A stretch of DNA of 64,000 bases, taken from an uncultured virus (IMG/VR IMGVR_UViG_3300042867_000160) (lineage: Duplodnaviria; Heunggongvirae; Uroviricota; Caudoviricetes). A model generated the notes under the pieces. The model worked only from the letters and a program-made list of their open reading frames with translations, did no database searches and was not told the DNA's origin. Where the stretch lies: IMG/VR virus record IMGVR_UViG_3300042867_000160. One strand, given 5' to 3'. Below are positions 29,668-39,278 of the stretch, in pieces. The translations under genes were made by a program, and so were the position numbers. The stretch's first letter is position 1. Each line of letters begins with the position of its first letter.

Positions 29668-32600
29668 TTATTGGTATTTGTCCAACCAGCCTCCTGGTTG
29701 TTTAGTGTTGTAATTAGTAAAGTTAGTTAATTGATCCAGCTTTGTCAACTGTCCACCTTCTTCGTATTTATATCCTTTCTTTTTAAGATAGGACATCAAT
29801 GCCTTGTCTTGTTTCAATGTATCATAATCTTTATTGAACATCTCTACATATTTAGGATCTCTAGGGTTATATCCTTGTACACCTTTCTTCTTTAAGAACT
29901 CAGCAGATAAATCAAAATAGTTTCTATTACCTATATCAGGAGTTGATTCTATTTTCTTTTTATATTGCTCCATTAATTTAGGATTCTTTTTGAGATATTC
30001 TCTTGCTGCTTTTTCATCAGCTACTTCATATTGATATCCCCCTGGATCTTTTATTACATTAATTCCTGGAACTTTTTTATCTGCTAAGAATCTGTGAGGA
30101 GCATATGGCTGATAATCTTCTGCCACATTATATGCAGAGGTATAAGCACTATTACCAAGACCATGTCTTGAATTTCCTTTTTCTTCACCAAATGTAGATT
30201 CTCTACCAGCTAATGTTAATAATTGACCAATAGGAATATTGTTTCTTTTAGCAGCTGCTGCAATATCATCAATCAATCTAGATGAAACATTTGCATTTTT
30301 GAATCTTCCTGTTCCAAGTTTTATTTTATTTTTATCTTTGCTATAATCAAATTCATTCTCAAACTCAAGTTGCTGTTTTAATTTTTTTGATTTAGGATTA
30401 TTAAAACCTAAATCAAGAAACTTATCATACATATCTGATTCAGAATTAATAGGAGTTTTTGTTACTGGCGCTGTTGTTGTTTTATCATCATCATCAAATA
30501 AACCACCAACATAATTAACTGCACGTTTACCTAAATTAATAATAGAATCTAACACTCCACCATCCTGCATCATAGGATACTCTGTGACAGAGTTTCCATT
30601 GTATTGATACTCTTGGTTAGGATACATCATTTGAGTGTCTCCTGTGTCACTTACGCCCATCACAGGATAAGGCACACCTTGCATTGTAATTTGGTTAGAA
30701 CCAATTTCTGTTATTTCTCCTGGATGATCCCACTGTCCTCTGTCATCTTTAATAACAGAACCATTCTTAGAGATAGACTTAGGTTTGAAGTCTAGCCCTT
30801 CTTGATAGTATCTCATCTCTGTACCATTCTGTGCAGAAGCTTCTGTCTTCTTAGCATACTTACCTTCACTAGGAGCTCCTAGTCTAGTATACATATTTCC
30901 TACAGCTCCTGGCATAGATCCTCCCATTGCATAATCCCTAGTCTTAATAGGTGCAGGGATGTTCTGATTCTTTTCTACATACTTATGTCTAAGCTTAGCA
31001 AAGTCTTCAGCAGCCTTAACTGTTTTAAATGGACCACCTAGGTGTTCTCCATATGCATTGAATACTCCTTCAGGATTTTGTAATATTTTACCTTGTCTAT
31101 ATCCTGGAACTAAATACACTTCACCTGGACCGCCTATAGATGTTGAGTATTCTGTAGACATTTCATTTTCTCTTGGATTATATCCATAGTTTTTAAAAGT
31201 CTCAGTTGGTTGCATAAATCTTTTAATAGGACCACCATCTTCCATCTCAGGAACTCTTTGACCAACTAATGGATACATAGCACTTCCTTGTCTAGTCATG
31301 TGTGTATATCCTGTTCTAGGATCTACCACTTCTCCATATGGACTTACTTGTGACTGTGGTTGTGGTATTTCTATAATAGGTTCTTGTGCATAGTTCCCTT
31401 CTATAAAATCTATTGTAGATTGAGGAGTAGGTTCTAGCTTTTGATATATTACAGGTTGTGTTGGTTTTTTATATATTGGAGTATAAGCCTCTGAACCACG
31501 ATTAGATACAGCCCCTATAGGTTTAATTCCATATTTATCGCCATACGCGTTTGGTGGATAAGCAAACTTTCCTTTTAAATCTGGATGATTCATATTATGA
31601 TAGTTCATCCATCCATATTCATTACCTGAATTATTCTTCCAGTCTTTTAAGGTTTGTCTATCAACTTTGTTATAAACTTTTAAACTATCGTTATAAGCCT
31701 TTAGTCTAGGATCTTTTTTATCATTAACAACAATAGGTTTAACTTTACCACCCTCCTTAAACTGTCCTCCCCATGCAGGAGAATAGTTACGTCCCACGTT
31801 ACTATATCCATCACCTTCAAATCCTTCAGGAGCTGATACAGAGTAATCATTATAGTTAGGTTGTACAGGACCTCCATCATTATACTTCTCTAACCATCCA
31901 CCATTTTCTTTTTTAGGAACTTCTTTATATCCTTTTAACCAATGTTCTTTTAATAATTTTACATTAGGATCAGATAATGGAATATTATTTTCAGCATATC
32001 CATAAGTTCTATCCCATAAATGACTTCCTCCTCCAGGAGATTCTATAAGCTTTCCTGAATATTCAGCCATACCTGGACCTTTATATCCAAGTACTAAATT
32101 TGGATTATATTCAGTAGTCATTGGATAACCTTTATTAAACCAAACTTTATCTGCTCTATTTTTTACAGTAGACATAGTCCAATTATTACTATTTTGAGCA
32201 GGTCTTAATTTACGTTGTATCAAAGCATCAGTTACTCCTTCCTCTCCTAACATTCTATAATAAGCTTCAGGATTAGGTTTAAATGCCCAAGGATTAATCT
32301 TATAAGCTTTAGAAAGAACTCCTGTCTTTGTAATAGCTTTTGCAGATTTAGCTAATAATCCTGCTCCTACTAAATTTGTAGGATCTAATATAGCATCTGC
32401 AGCAAAAACTCCATAAGGATTTTCAATGCCCATTGCTTCAGATGGAGATTGCTCTTTACCTGTAATCATTTTAACTAACTGCCTTTGTGGTGCACCTAGT
32501 GTAATGTCTAACATATCTGAAATAGGTTGATCTACACCTTTTTTAAGACCAGTGTTTTTTGTAAACTTAGTACGTGTAGCATCACTAACTGCAACATTAC

Positions 32601-32742
32601 CACCTTCTTGATATTTATCTAACCAACCACCATTTTTCATTGTATTGTCCTTACCACATATATGACAGACGTTCATATCCTCCTTACTGGACTTTGACTT
32701 ACTCCAGGAATGACCACAAGAACATGTAACGTTACCTTTCAT
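29668..32742 (-). CDS. Modular cargo protein with N-terminal Zn-ribbon, PhixxGG-delimited modules and lysozyme/transglycosylase-like C-terminal module
   Basis: 1024 aa. CSCGHSW...CHICG at the N-terminus. GGWL[DE]KY occurs 3 times. IAAAAKRNNIPIGQLLTLAGRESTFG...GYNPRDPKY resembles the SLT catalytic E-S motif. Confidence 0.65.
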   Translation of the reverse strand: MKGNVTCSCGHSWSKSKSSKEDMNVCHICGKDNTMKNGGWLDKYQEGGNVAVSDATRTKFTKNTGLKKGVDQPISDMLDITLGAPQRQLVKMITGKEQSPSEAMGIENPYGVFAADAILDPTNLVGAGLLAKSAKAITKTGVLSKAYKINPWAFKPNPEAYYRMLGEEGVTDALIQRKLRPAQNSNNWTMSTVKNRADKVWFNKGYPMTTEYNPNLVLGYKGPGMAEYSGKLIESPGGGSHLWDRTYGYAENNIPLSDPNVKLLKEHWLKGYKEVPKKENGGWLEKYNDGGPVQPNYNDYSVSAPEGFEGDGYSNVGRNYSPAWGGQFKEGGKVKPIVVNDKKDPRLKAYNDSLKVYNKVDRQTLKDWKNNSGNEYGWMNYHNMNHPDLKGKFAYPPNAYGDKYGIKPIGAVSNRGSEAYTPIYKKPTQPVIYQKLEPTPQSTIDFIEGNYAQEPIIEIPQPQSQVSPYGEVVDPRTGYTHMTRQGSAMYPLVGQRVPEMEDGGPIKRFMQPTETFKNYGYNPRENEMSTEYSTSIGGPGEVYLVPGYRQGKILQNPEGVFNAYGEHLGGPFKTVKAAEDFAKLRHKYVEKNQNIPAPIKTRDYAMGGSMPGAVGNMYTRLGAPSEGKYAKKTEASAQNGTEMRYYQEGLDFKPKSISKNGSVIKDDRGQWDHPGEITEIGSNQITMQGVPYPVMGVSDTGDTQMMYPNQEYQYNGNSVTEYPMMQDGGVLDSIINLGKRAVNYVGGLFDDDDKTTTAPVTKTPINSESDMYDKFLDLGFNNPKSKKLKQQLEFENEFDYSKDKNKIKLGTGRFKNANVSSRLIDDIAAAAKRNNIPIGQLLTLAGRESTFGEEKGNSRHGLGNSAYTSAYNVAEDYQPYAPHRFLADKKVPGINVIKDPGGYQYEVADEKAAREYLKKNPKLMEQYKKKIESTPDIGNRNYFDLSAEFLKKKGVQGYNPRDPKYVEMFNKDYDTLKQDKALMSYLKKKGYKYEEGGQLTKLDQLTNFTNYNTKQPGGWLDKYQ

Positions 32743-33641
32743 TATTTATAAGAGATTTGAGAAGGTGCAATAATAAATTGACTGACAAGATGAGCGTCTG
32801 ATGTATCATCTAAGATGTGTCTTACTAATACACCTTTGGCTCTCATAGTATCTTTCTGGAATGATCTAACACCATAGTCCATATTAGATTGGTTTAACAC
32901 CTTATCTATAGACAATGATTCACATCCAGTATTAAATAATGGTAGTTCTCTATTTATAACCACTGACCAGAATGTATTGTATTGATAGAAAGAATCACTC
33001 TTTGTAAATGTGATTGTTTTACTATCTGTATTGTAAATAGGATAGGTGTTGTAAGCAGCTAAGTTATTCATTGGCTTAGGAACTAGCTTTAATAATCCTG
33101 TACACTGTTGACCATTGTATATGATCACCTTATTAAAATACTTATTGTTTGTTTCAATCTTAGCATTTTCATTAAATACACCATCGGGTATAGGAAGATA
33201 TTTATATGCTCTAGTAAAATCTTTAACGTTTTGAAGTATCTCATCTTGATATTGATAGAAGAATGGATATTCAATAACATAAGGTTCTATGTTTCCGTAG
33301 AAGTTATTAGTTAATTTTGTATCAGTGAGATGTCTCCACAAAGTTCCTGTGTTAACTACATTACATGTAAGAGCTGCAATTTGTGCAGGACTTAATTGAA
33401 TGATTTCTCTATGTAAAAAGAATTTACATTTACCTATTGATTCAAGAATAATCTCTGTAGCATTATAAGGAACATAATAATAAATACCTGTACATAGATC
33501 GTTCTTATAGACATTAGTTCCTAATACATTACCTAAGTCATCAGTAACGTTAAAGTAACTTGTTCTATAACCCATCTCTGTTATTTTAACAAAGATTTGT
33601 TTTGCTATGACGGCAGTCCCTAATAAATTACAGTTAGGCAT
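32742..33641 (-). CDS. Probable C-terminal portion of split muzzle/tail stabilization protein, with an N-terminal beta module
   Basis: 299 aa, 11 nt after the muzzle stop. LWRH...NNFYG...YVIEYPF...FNKVIIYNGQQCTG...MRAKGVLVR resembles the C-terminal part of crAss stabilization proteins (from memory, not searched). Confidence 0.6.
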   Translation of the reverse strand: MPNCNLLGTAVIAKQIFVKITEMGYRTSYFNVTDDLGNVLGTNVYKNDLCTGIYYYVPYNATEIILESIGKCKFFLHREIIQLSPAQIAALTCNVVNTGTLWRHLTDTKLTNNFYGNIEPYVIEYPFFYQYQDEILQNVKDFTRAYKYLPIPDGVFNENAKIETNNKYFNKVIIYNGQQCTGLLKLVPKPMNNLAAYNTYPIYNTDSKTITFTKSDSFYQYNTFWSVVINRELPLFNTGCESLSIDKVLNQSNMDYGVRSFQKDTMRAKGVLVRHILDDTSDAHLVSQFIIAPSQISYK

Positions 33642-33652
33642 TGGTCTTTTAT

Positions 33653-36600
33653 TTAAAATGTTGTTGCAGTTCCAGCTAGATTACAATATAATGTTCTTGT
33701 TGCTGTTCCAAGTAGTGCACAATTTTCTCCTGCTTGTATAGCAGCTACAAAGTCAAGATCACATCCTTGATTCAATCCTGAATAAAAGAAGTTGTTTTCT
33801 CCTATGTAGTAGTTAGGAATATAACTATGGAAACTCACCCAACTTTTTGTATTCATGTTAAATGAAAGAGTCCATGATTTATTACAGAAATATTTAGTAT
33901 CTAATAATTGTACAATTTCACCACCCACATAATATTCTTTAGTGGTTGTATTGTAAGTCATTGTCGGAATCCATTGAGGTAATGGAATGTAGTCAAGTTT
34001 AGAAATAATTATTCTATCATACTTACTATCAAATACACCAGTTAATCCAACTTTGGTATAGTTATTATCTACATCAGCATCTGGAAAGAAGCGTATTATT
34101 TCAAATGCTAAGTGATCAGTCATGAAACGATTGACACCTGAACCAAATGCTGTTAAGTCTACAGCTTGGTTTCCTGATATCAAAAAGATTTGTCCACGCT
34201 TAGCATCAACTGTTATTTGTCCTTGAGGGATCTTTAATAAGAACTTGTTTTGAGATCCTACATATCCAAGATCTGTTTCAGCAAAGTCAATAGGAGGAGC
34301 ACTTCTGAATAATGAATCATTACCCATGTATGCTGCCTGTGGATTACTTGTATTAATTGTCAACATTGTATTGTACAATAATGACTTGTTTATAAAACGA
34401 GCAAGAATAGCTTTGTTCTGTATACCGTCTAAAGATACTAAATCACCATAACTCTGAGGAAAATCAAAATAAGAAGTTGCTCTATAAGTTAACCAGTTGT
34501 TAGCTTTGTTTGTAGGATCTGGATCAGATGGTTCTGAATAGATTGCTCTAAATGGAAAATTAGTTTTACAATAATCAGGTGTCCAGTCTGCAGGTAAGTG
34601 TGAGAAGAAGTTCTCAGTATTTTGTTTTGAGAATGTAGTATTATAGTAATACGTATTATCAAAATCAATAGGCACAACTGTTTGCTGTAACCATCTATCT
34701 GGAATACCTGAACTTACATGTGGATAAAAGTCTCCTTCAAGATTATTAATTGCTTGACGTAAGTCATTATTAATAATTGATTCACAATAGTAAGAAGGAA
34801 TACCATAAGCAAACATATACATCTTACCAATGTAAGTAGCATTTGTATTTGAAGCAATAGTAGTACCTGGTGCTAATGTAGTAGTTGTTGTGGTTGTAGT
34901 CATTCCCCTTACTATTAGAGAAGGATTGTCTACAGCACAATCAAAGTTATGTGCTTTTACAGATACAATATTAGGAAAAACATTAAGAGCAGATCCTCCA
35001 ACAGGTCTAAACGTACTTAGTTCAGATCTAGATGAATGCCAATATGTAGGATATGCAACATTACCTAATTGATCATATTCAACATCTGAATCATCAGGAG
35101 CACCTACACGGTTATCTATAAAGAATGGAAGCTTTGTTTTAAATGCAAACTTGCATATAAATACATCTCCACCAAATATGTATTGAGTACCAGAGAAACC
35201 TAATCCTCTAGCCATTTGAAATCCTGTATCAATAGTAGTATAAGAATATATCTGTCCCCATTGATTTGGAATTATATTCTTAATTGATCCATAATAAGAT
35301 AGTACAGTGATCTTTTCTAATGTTTCTGGAACACCACACAATAATCTTTGTGTAGGTGTATATCTAGATCTATCAGTGATTCTACTTACTCCTGCTGGAG
35401 CTAATGATTCAGTCTTATCTACAAAAGGTAATGGTGTAATATCTAAATCTGTTCTAAGATATACAGATGATTCTCTTTGAAAATTATTCAAATCATATAC
35501 ATCTCCTACAGCTTGAACACCTGGAATAACATATTGATATCTATCTAGAAGTCTTTGTTTAATACCTTGTTCATTAGGAACACTTGCTGAATAGTTATAT
35601 TTAGCTATTGAGTTAAATGAATATGCAAAGTTCTGACTAGTGCTACCAGTTACATAAATTTGTAAATATGCTTGGTACATTGTAAACATTGCTGTTGCAT
35701 CAAATGTACCTGTAGCCATTGCTGCAGTAAAACTTGCTTGCAATGCTGTAGTTTGCGTTTGTCTAGTTAGAAGTTTATATTCAGCATTATTCAACACCTC
35801 AACAAAATGAGCTTGTCCTGCGCCAAATATTGCATTCTCAATCTTTAATACATTTCCTAACGTAGGTGATCCAAAAGATGTTTCAGGAGAATTAAATACA
35901 TATCTCCATCTACTCTCATGTGGTACAATACTACCAGGATCATCAAAACCTTTTAAGTTTTCTGGATAACAAAAGTTATTTCTTGCATTTTGATTTATTC
36001 CTATAGATATATTTTTTTCTCCAGAAATATAAAATGGTGTTACTGCACTATTTATATAATAGATTTGATTAGCTACTGTAGTTAAATCAGAATAAGTAGT
36101 TAAAGGATCTTGTTGAGAATAATATCTAATTACAGTTACTCCTGTTGAAACTATAACATAATTAAGTAATCCTTGTTGAGAAGGACTATTTGTTTGATCA
36201 GTAATACCAACAAGTGTAGCAGTGATTGCAAGAGGTCTAGTTATAGAACAATATGTTGATCCAAATGGATCAAGTGGCCAAAATTCTGTTCTTAGCTCGC
36301 CTGTTAAACAATCTGTATATTGTACAGTTCCTTCTACAGTTACTTGTAAATCCCATGATATGCATTGAGCATTATAAGCATTATTGTTCTCAAGTAAAAA
36401 AGGATCTTCAGTTAAATCGTTATATGGATAATTAGGATATAAATAAGTTGTTGATGTGTCATTACTACGATCTACATCAGTATCGTATGTAGTAGATCCA
36501 TCTCTTCTATATGTTCCAACATTACGCAACATACCTTTTCCTACAATAGATTTATTTGTAGTACGATCCCCACGTAATATCTTGAAGCCGATGATATTAT

Positions 36601-38302
36601 CTTTTTGCTCAGGAGTTAAGTCAGATGCCTGAATCAATGTTTCAAGTTGAGCAGCATCTAATCTAATACCAATAGGAAACACAGCGTTTGAATCCTGCAT
36701 TACAGGAGTGATTGGTCCAGATCCACTATATGTTGCAGATTCAAATGCAGGACTTACAAGAACATCAGGAAATTTATGGTGACGAATAAATGTACCAGCA
36801 AGGCTTCCCCACACTTGTACATCACAAGGATATTCTTCATCAGATTGCCAATATGCAAAATCCCCATACTGATAAATTCCTTTATAAGTTATTTTATCTG
36901 GAGCACTTAATGATGAATACGCTGTCTCTGTTGTGGCAGCAGGAGCAGTGTTATATATTTCCCAACGTGGAGCTGTTAAACCTTCTACAATAAAGTCTGC
37001 ATTTCTAGCAATTGGTTCAGTATCATAAAATATTGGAGCACGTCCAGGGATATGAAAACCATCTGTCTGCTTACCATTAGCTAATAAGAAACATATCTCT
37101 AATGCATACACCTCATCACGAAAATATCCACGTAATGTAGTTGCATTAATCTCATCAGAATAATCTTCTGTAGCAGGTATTCTATATGATTCCCACTTTA
37201 AGTTTATTTGATTAGCTATCTTCTGATAGTTGATTCTACTAAGTGATGTAATGTTATCCCATACAAGAATGTCTTGTACAGATGTTAAGTCTTGAGCTAT
37301 CTCGTAAAAAGGAAACTTCTCAAATATATCAGCAGTGGATAGTCTTATTTGTTCTTGGTTCTGACCACTATAAGTTACTTCTCTAATTGCACTATCAATA
37401 AAATATGTACCAATTAATTCAACAGAAGTGATTGCGTTAACAGTTTTAATTACCGCTAGATTATAATAAGTGTAAGTGCTAGACAAATCAAGATTACTAA
37501 TTTGTAATCTAATAGATTTATTAACTGGATAGTTAAAATCTGGAGACGTTACAATAGTATCAGCAATAGGAGTTGGATTAGTAACTGAGTAATATGATGT
37601 ATAACCAAATCCATTAACGTTAGAATATTGAATAGCAAACTGATATGTACCTGAAGTTAAATTTCCACCATTTGCAATATCTATAACTTGTAATTGAGGA
37701 ATAGTAATATTAGGTTGTACAAGTATCTTGTTACAATCTAACATCAATGGAATGTCATTGATATAAGTACAATCGTTAAGTGGATCAATATGTTGTTTCC
37801 ATGGCACATCATCAATGTTCATCCAACGTCTGTGATTTAATCCATCAGTCCAATATATCTCTGTACTACAGTTTGTTATTCTGTGTACCACTTTATGTAT
37901 TGGATAGTTTTGATCAAAGTTAAGACAATCATTTTGTGTAGAACTTACAATAGTTCTATATACACAATCAGTGTTAACCATATATCCAATCTCAGACTTA
38001 TTATTATCACTTGGATTTACTAAAAAGAATATATGTTTGTTCTGCTCATTAATAAAATGAGTACCAATTAATATAAAATCATTAGGAAAGAAAACATTGT
38101 TTTCATCAGAACATAATACGTTACCTTCTTCGTTCTGATAGTTTACAGAATTAGAATCGAAGTTTTCAACATTGGCATTTAACGCATATGTAAGTATACC
38201 TTTCTTAATTTGACCAATGGAATTGTCCATGTTCAAACCAGTCTGGGCAACATTATAATTATTCGTAATATTTCCTTTATTAGTTGTTTCTTCTGCGGCC
38301 AT
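33653..38302 (-). CDS. Tail muzzle / stabilization protein (crAss type)
   Basis: 1549 aa. N-terminal GLNMD...YALNA...NEEGN, IYWTDG, GYFRDEVYA, FGGDVFI, YVGSQN, VDAKRG, SWTLSF...WVSFHSYIP, all typical of crAss/P22-gp10-like stabilization proteins. Follows ring and IHF genes. Confidence 0.85.
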   Translation of the reverse strand: MAAEETTNKGNITNNYNVAQTGLNMDNSIGQIKKGILTYALNANVENFDSNSVNYQNEEGNVLCSDENNVFFPNDFILIGTHFINEQNKHIFFLVNPSDNNKSEIGYMVNTDCVYRTIVSSTQNDCLNFDQNYPIHKVVHRITNCSTEIYWTDGLNHRRWMNIDDVPWKQHIDPLNDCTYINDIPLMLDCNKILVQPNITIPQLQVIDIANGGNLTSGTYQFAIQYSNVNGFGYTSYYSVTNPTPIADTIVTSPDFNYPVNKSIRLQISNLDLSSTYTYYNLAVIKTVNAITSVELIGTYFIDSAIREVTYSGQNQEQIRLSTADIFEKFPFYEIAQDLTSVQDILVWDNITSLSRINYQKIANQINLKWESYRIPATEDYSDEINATTLRGYFRDEVYALEICFLLANGKQTDGFHIPGRAPIFYDTEPIARNADFIVEGLTAPRWEIYNTAPAATTETAYSSLSAPDKITYKGIYQYGDFAYWQSDEEYPCDVQVWGSLAGTFIRHHKFPDVLVSPAFESATYSGSGPITPVMQDSNAVFPIGIRLDAAQLETLIQASDLTPEQKDNIIGFKILRGDRTTNKSIVGKGMLRNVGTYRRDGSTTYDTDVDRSNDTSTTYLYPNYPYNDLTEDPFLLENNNAYNAQCISWDLQVTVEGTVQYTDCLTGELRTEFWPLDPFGSTYCSITRPLAITATLVGITDQTNSPSQQGLLNYVIVSTGVTVIRYYSQQDPLTTYSDLTTVANQIYYINSAVTPFYISGEKNISIGINQNARNNFCYPENLKGFDDPGSIVPHESRWRYVFNSPETSFGSPTLGNVLKIENAIFGAGQAHFVEVLNNAEYKLLTRQTQTTALQASFTAAMATGTFDATAMFTMYQAYLQIYVTGSTSQNFAYSFNSIAKYNYSASVPNEQGIKQRLLDRYQYVIPGVQAVGDVYDLNNFQRESSVYLRTDLDITPLPFVDKTESLAPAGVSRITDRSRYTPTQRLLCGVPETLEKITVLSYYGSIKNIIPNQWGQIYSYTTIDTGFQMARGLGFSGTQYIFGGDVFICKFAFKTKLPFFIDNRVGAPDDSDVEYDQLGNVAYPTYWHSSRSELSTFRPVGGSALNVFPNIVSVKAHNFDCAVDNPSLIVRGMTTTTTTTTLAPGTTIASNTNATYIGKMYMFAYGIPSYYCESIINNDLRQAINNLEGDFYPHVSSGIPDRWLQQTVVPIDFDNTYYYNTTFSKQNTENFFSHLPADWTPDYCKTNFPFRAIYSEPSDPDPTNKANNWLTYRATSYFDFPQSYGDLVSLDGIQNKAILARFINKSLLYNTMLTINTSNPQAAYMGNDSLFRSAPPIDFAETDLGYVGSQNKFLLKIPQGQITVDAKRGQIFLISGNQAVDLTAFGSGVNRFMTDHLAFEIIRFFPDADVDNNYTKVGLTGVFDSKYDRIIISKLDYIPLPQWIPTMTYNTTTKEYYVGGEIVQLLDTKYFCNKSWTLSFNMNTKSWVSFHSYIPNYYIGENNFFYSGLNQGCDLDFVAAIQAGENCALLGTATRTLYCNLAGTATTF

Positions 38303-39272
38303 ATCTATATGATCTATTTGGCAGTTCGTACATATTGAATCTGTTCAAATCGTTCTTTATTTTACGTTGTTTAGTCCAAGCATCTTGTTTCTTTATTTCA
38401 ATGTCTGCCATAATGAATGCTTCCTCAGAAAGTTGCTTATAATACATAAGCTTCTTCTGTATTTGTTCAAACGTCTCATCTGTTAATTGATTAGATAGGG
38501 TTTCAAAAACTTTAAATTTAAGGAATGCTTCTACAAATTCTCTTATACGATAGTTATCAGGAATCATTTGATTACCTATTGTATCATATTCAACAGCATA
38601 GAAGATTAAATGTACTACAGCATATCTTACATTAGTTACAAACTTATTGTCTCTTATATCAAATGAACTTATAGCAGATGAGAATGGTGTATTACGAGAA
38701 GCTGATGCAGAACCGTTTTCAAAATCACATGCATTAGAAACACATGCTTGTCCTGAACCATAGTCTAAATTACAATGAGCAGCACCATTAATATTTCCAG
38801 GCTGCATCAAATAGTTTCTTGTAATAGAACGTGTTTGTTGTTGATTAGTCTTATACACTGTTTCTATAATCTCAGGCATACAAGATCCATCACATCCTAC
38901 ATTACCGCAACATGGGGTAGGAATAGCACAGTCTGTTGTAATAGGACTCACTTGAATAGTGGTCTGAGTGAATGCTTGAGAGTAGAATGAATTAGCTGTT
39001 TGATATGGTGTTAGTGGTTGTTCTGCACACATCCATGCTTCTCTAACAGCAAAGAAGTTATCAGGAAGCCTAGCTTCAAAGTCCCATACATCTAATATTA
39101 CTTCCGTAATAACATAAGTGCTTCTACCCAGCTTACGTAGACACTTGTCTAAATAAGTGGGGAACATTAAGTCATCAACAGCTCCTGTATCAAAGTAGCT
39201 TTTAAGCTCTTCTTTCACTGTAGAGTATACAGGCTCAGGAGAAAGGAAATTATATTTATAGTAGTATGACAT
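38280..39272 (-). CDS. Tail ring/tubular protein (R1-like) with Cys-rich insertion
   Basis: 330 aa, immediately upstream of the muzzle. Has ARLPDNF and ...IGNQMIPDN...EAFLKFK, plus the insertion DCAIPTPCCGNVGCDGSC. Confidence 0.7.
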   Translation of the reverse strand: MSYYYKYNFLSPEPVYSTVKEELKSYFDTGAVDDLMFPTYLDKCLRKLGRSTYVITEVILDVWDFEARLPDNFFAVREAWMCAEQPLTPYQTANSFYSQAFTQTTIQVSPITTDCAIPTPCCGNVGCDGSCMPEIIETVYKTNQQQTRSITRNYLMQPGNINGAAHCNLDYGSGQACVSNACDFENGSASASRNTPFSSAISSFDIRDNKFVTNVRYAVVHLIFYAVEYDTIGNQMIPDNYRIREFVEAFLKFKVFETLSNQLTDETFEQIQKKLMYYKQLSEEAFIMADIEIKKQDAWTKQRKIKNDLNRFNMYELPNRSYRYGRRRNN

Positions 39273-39278
39273 GTTATT

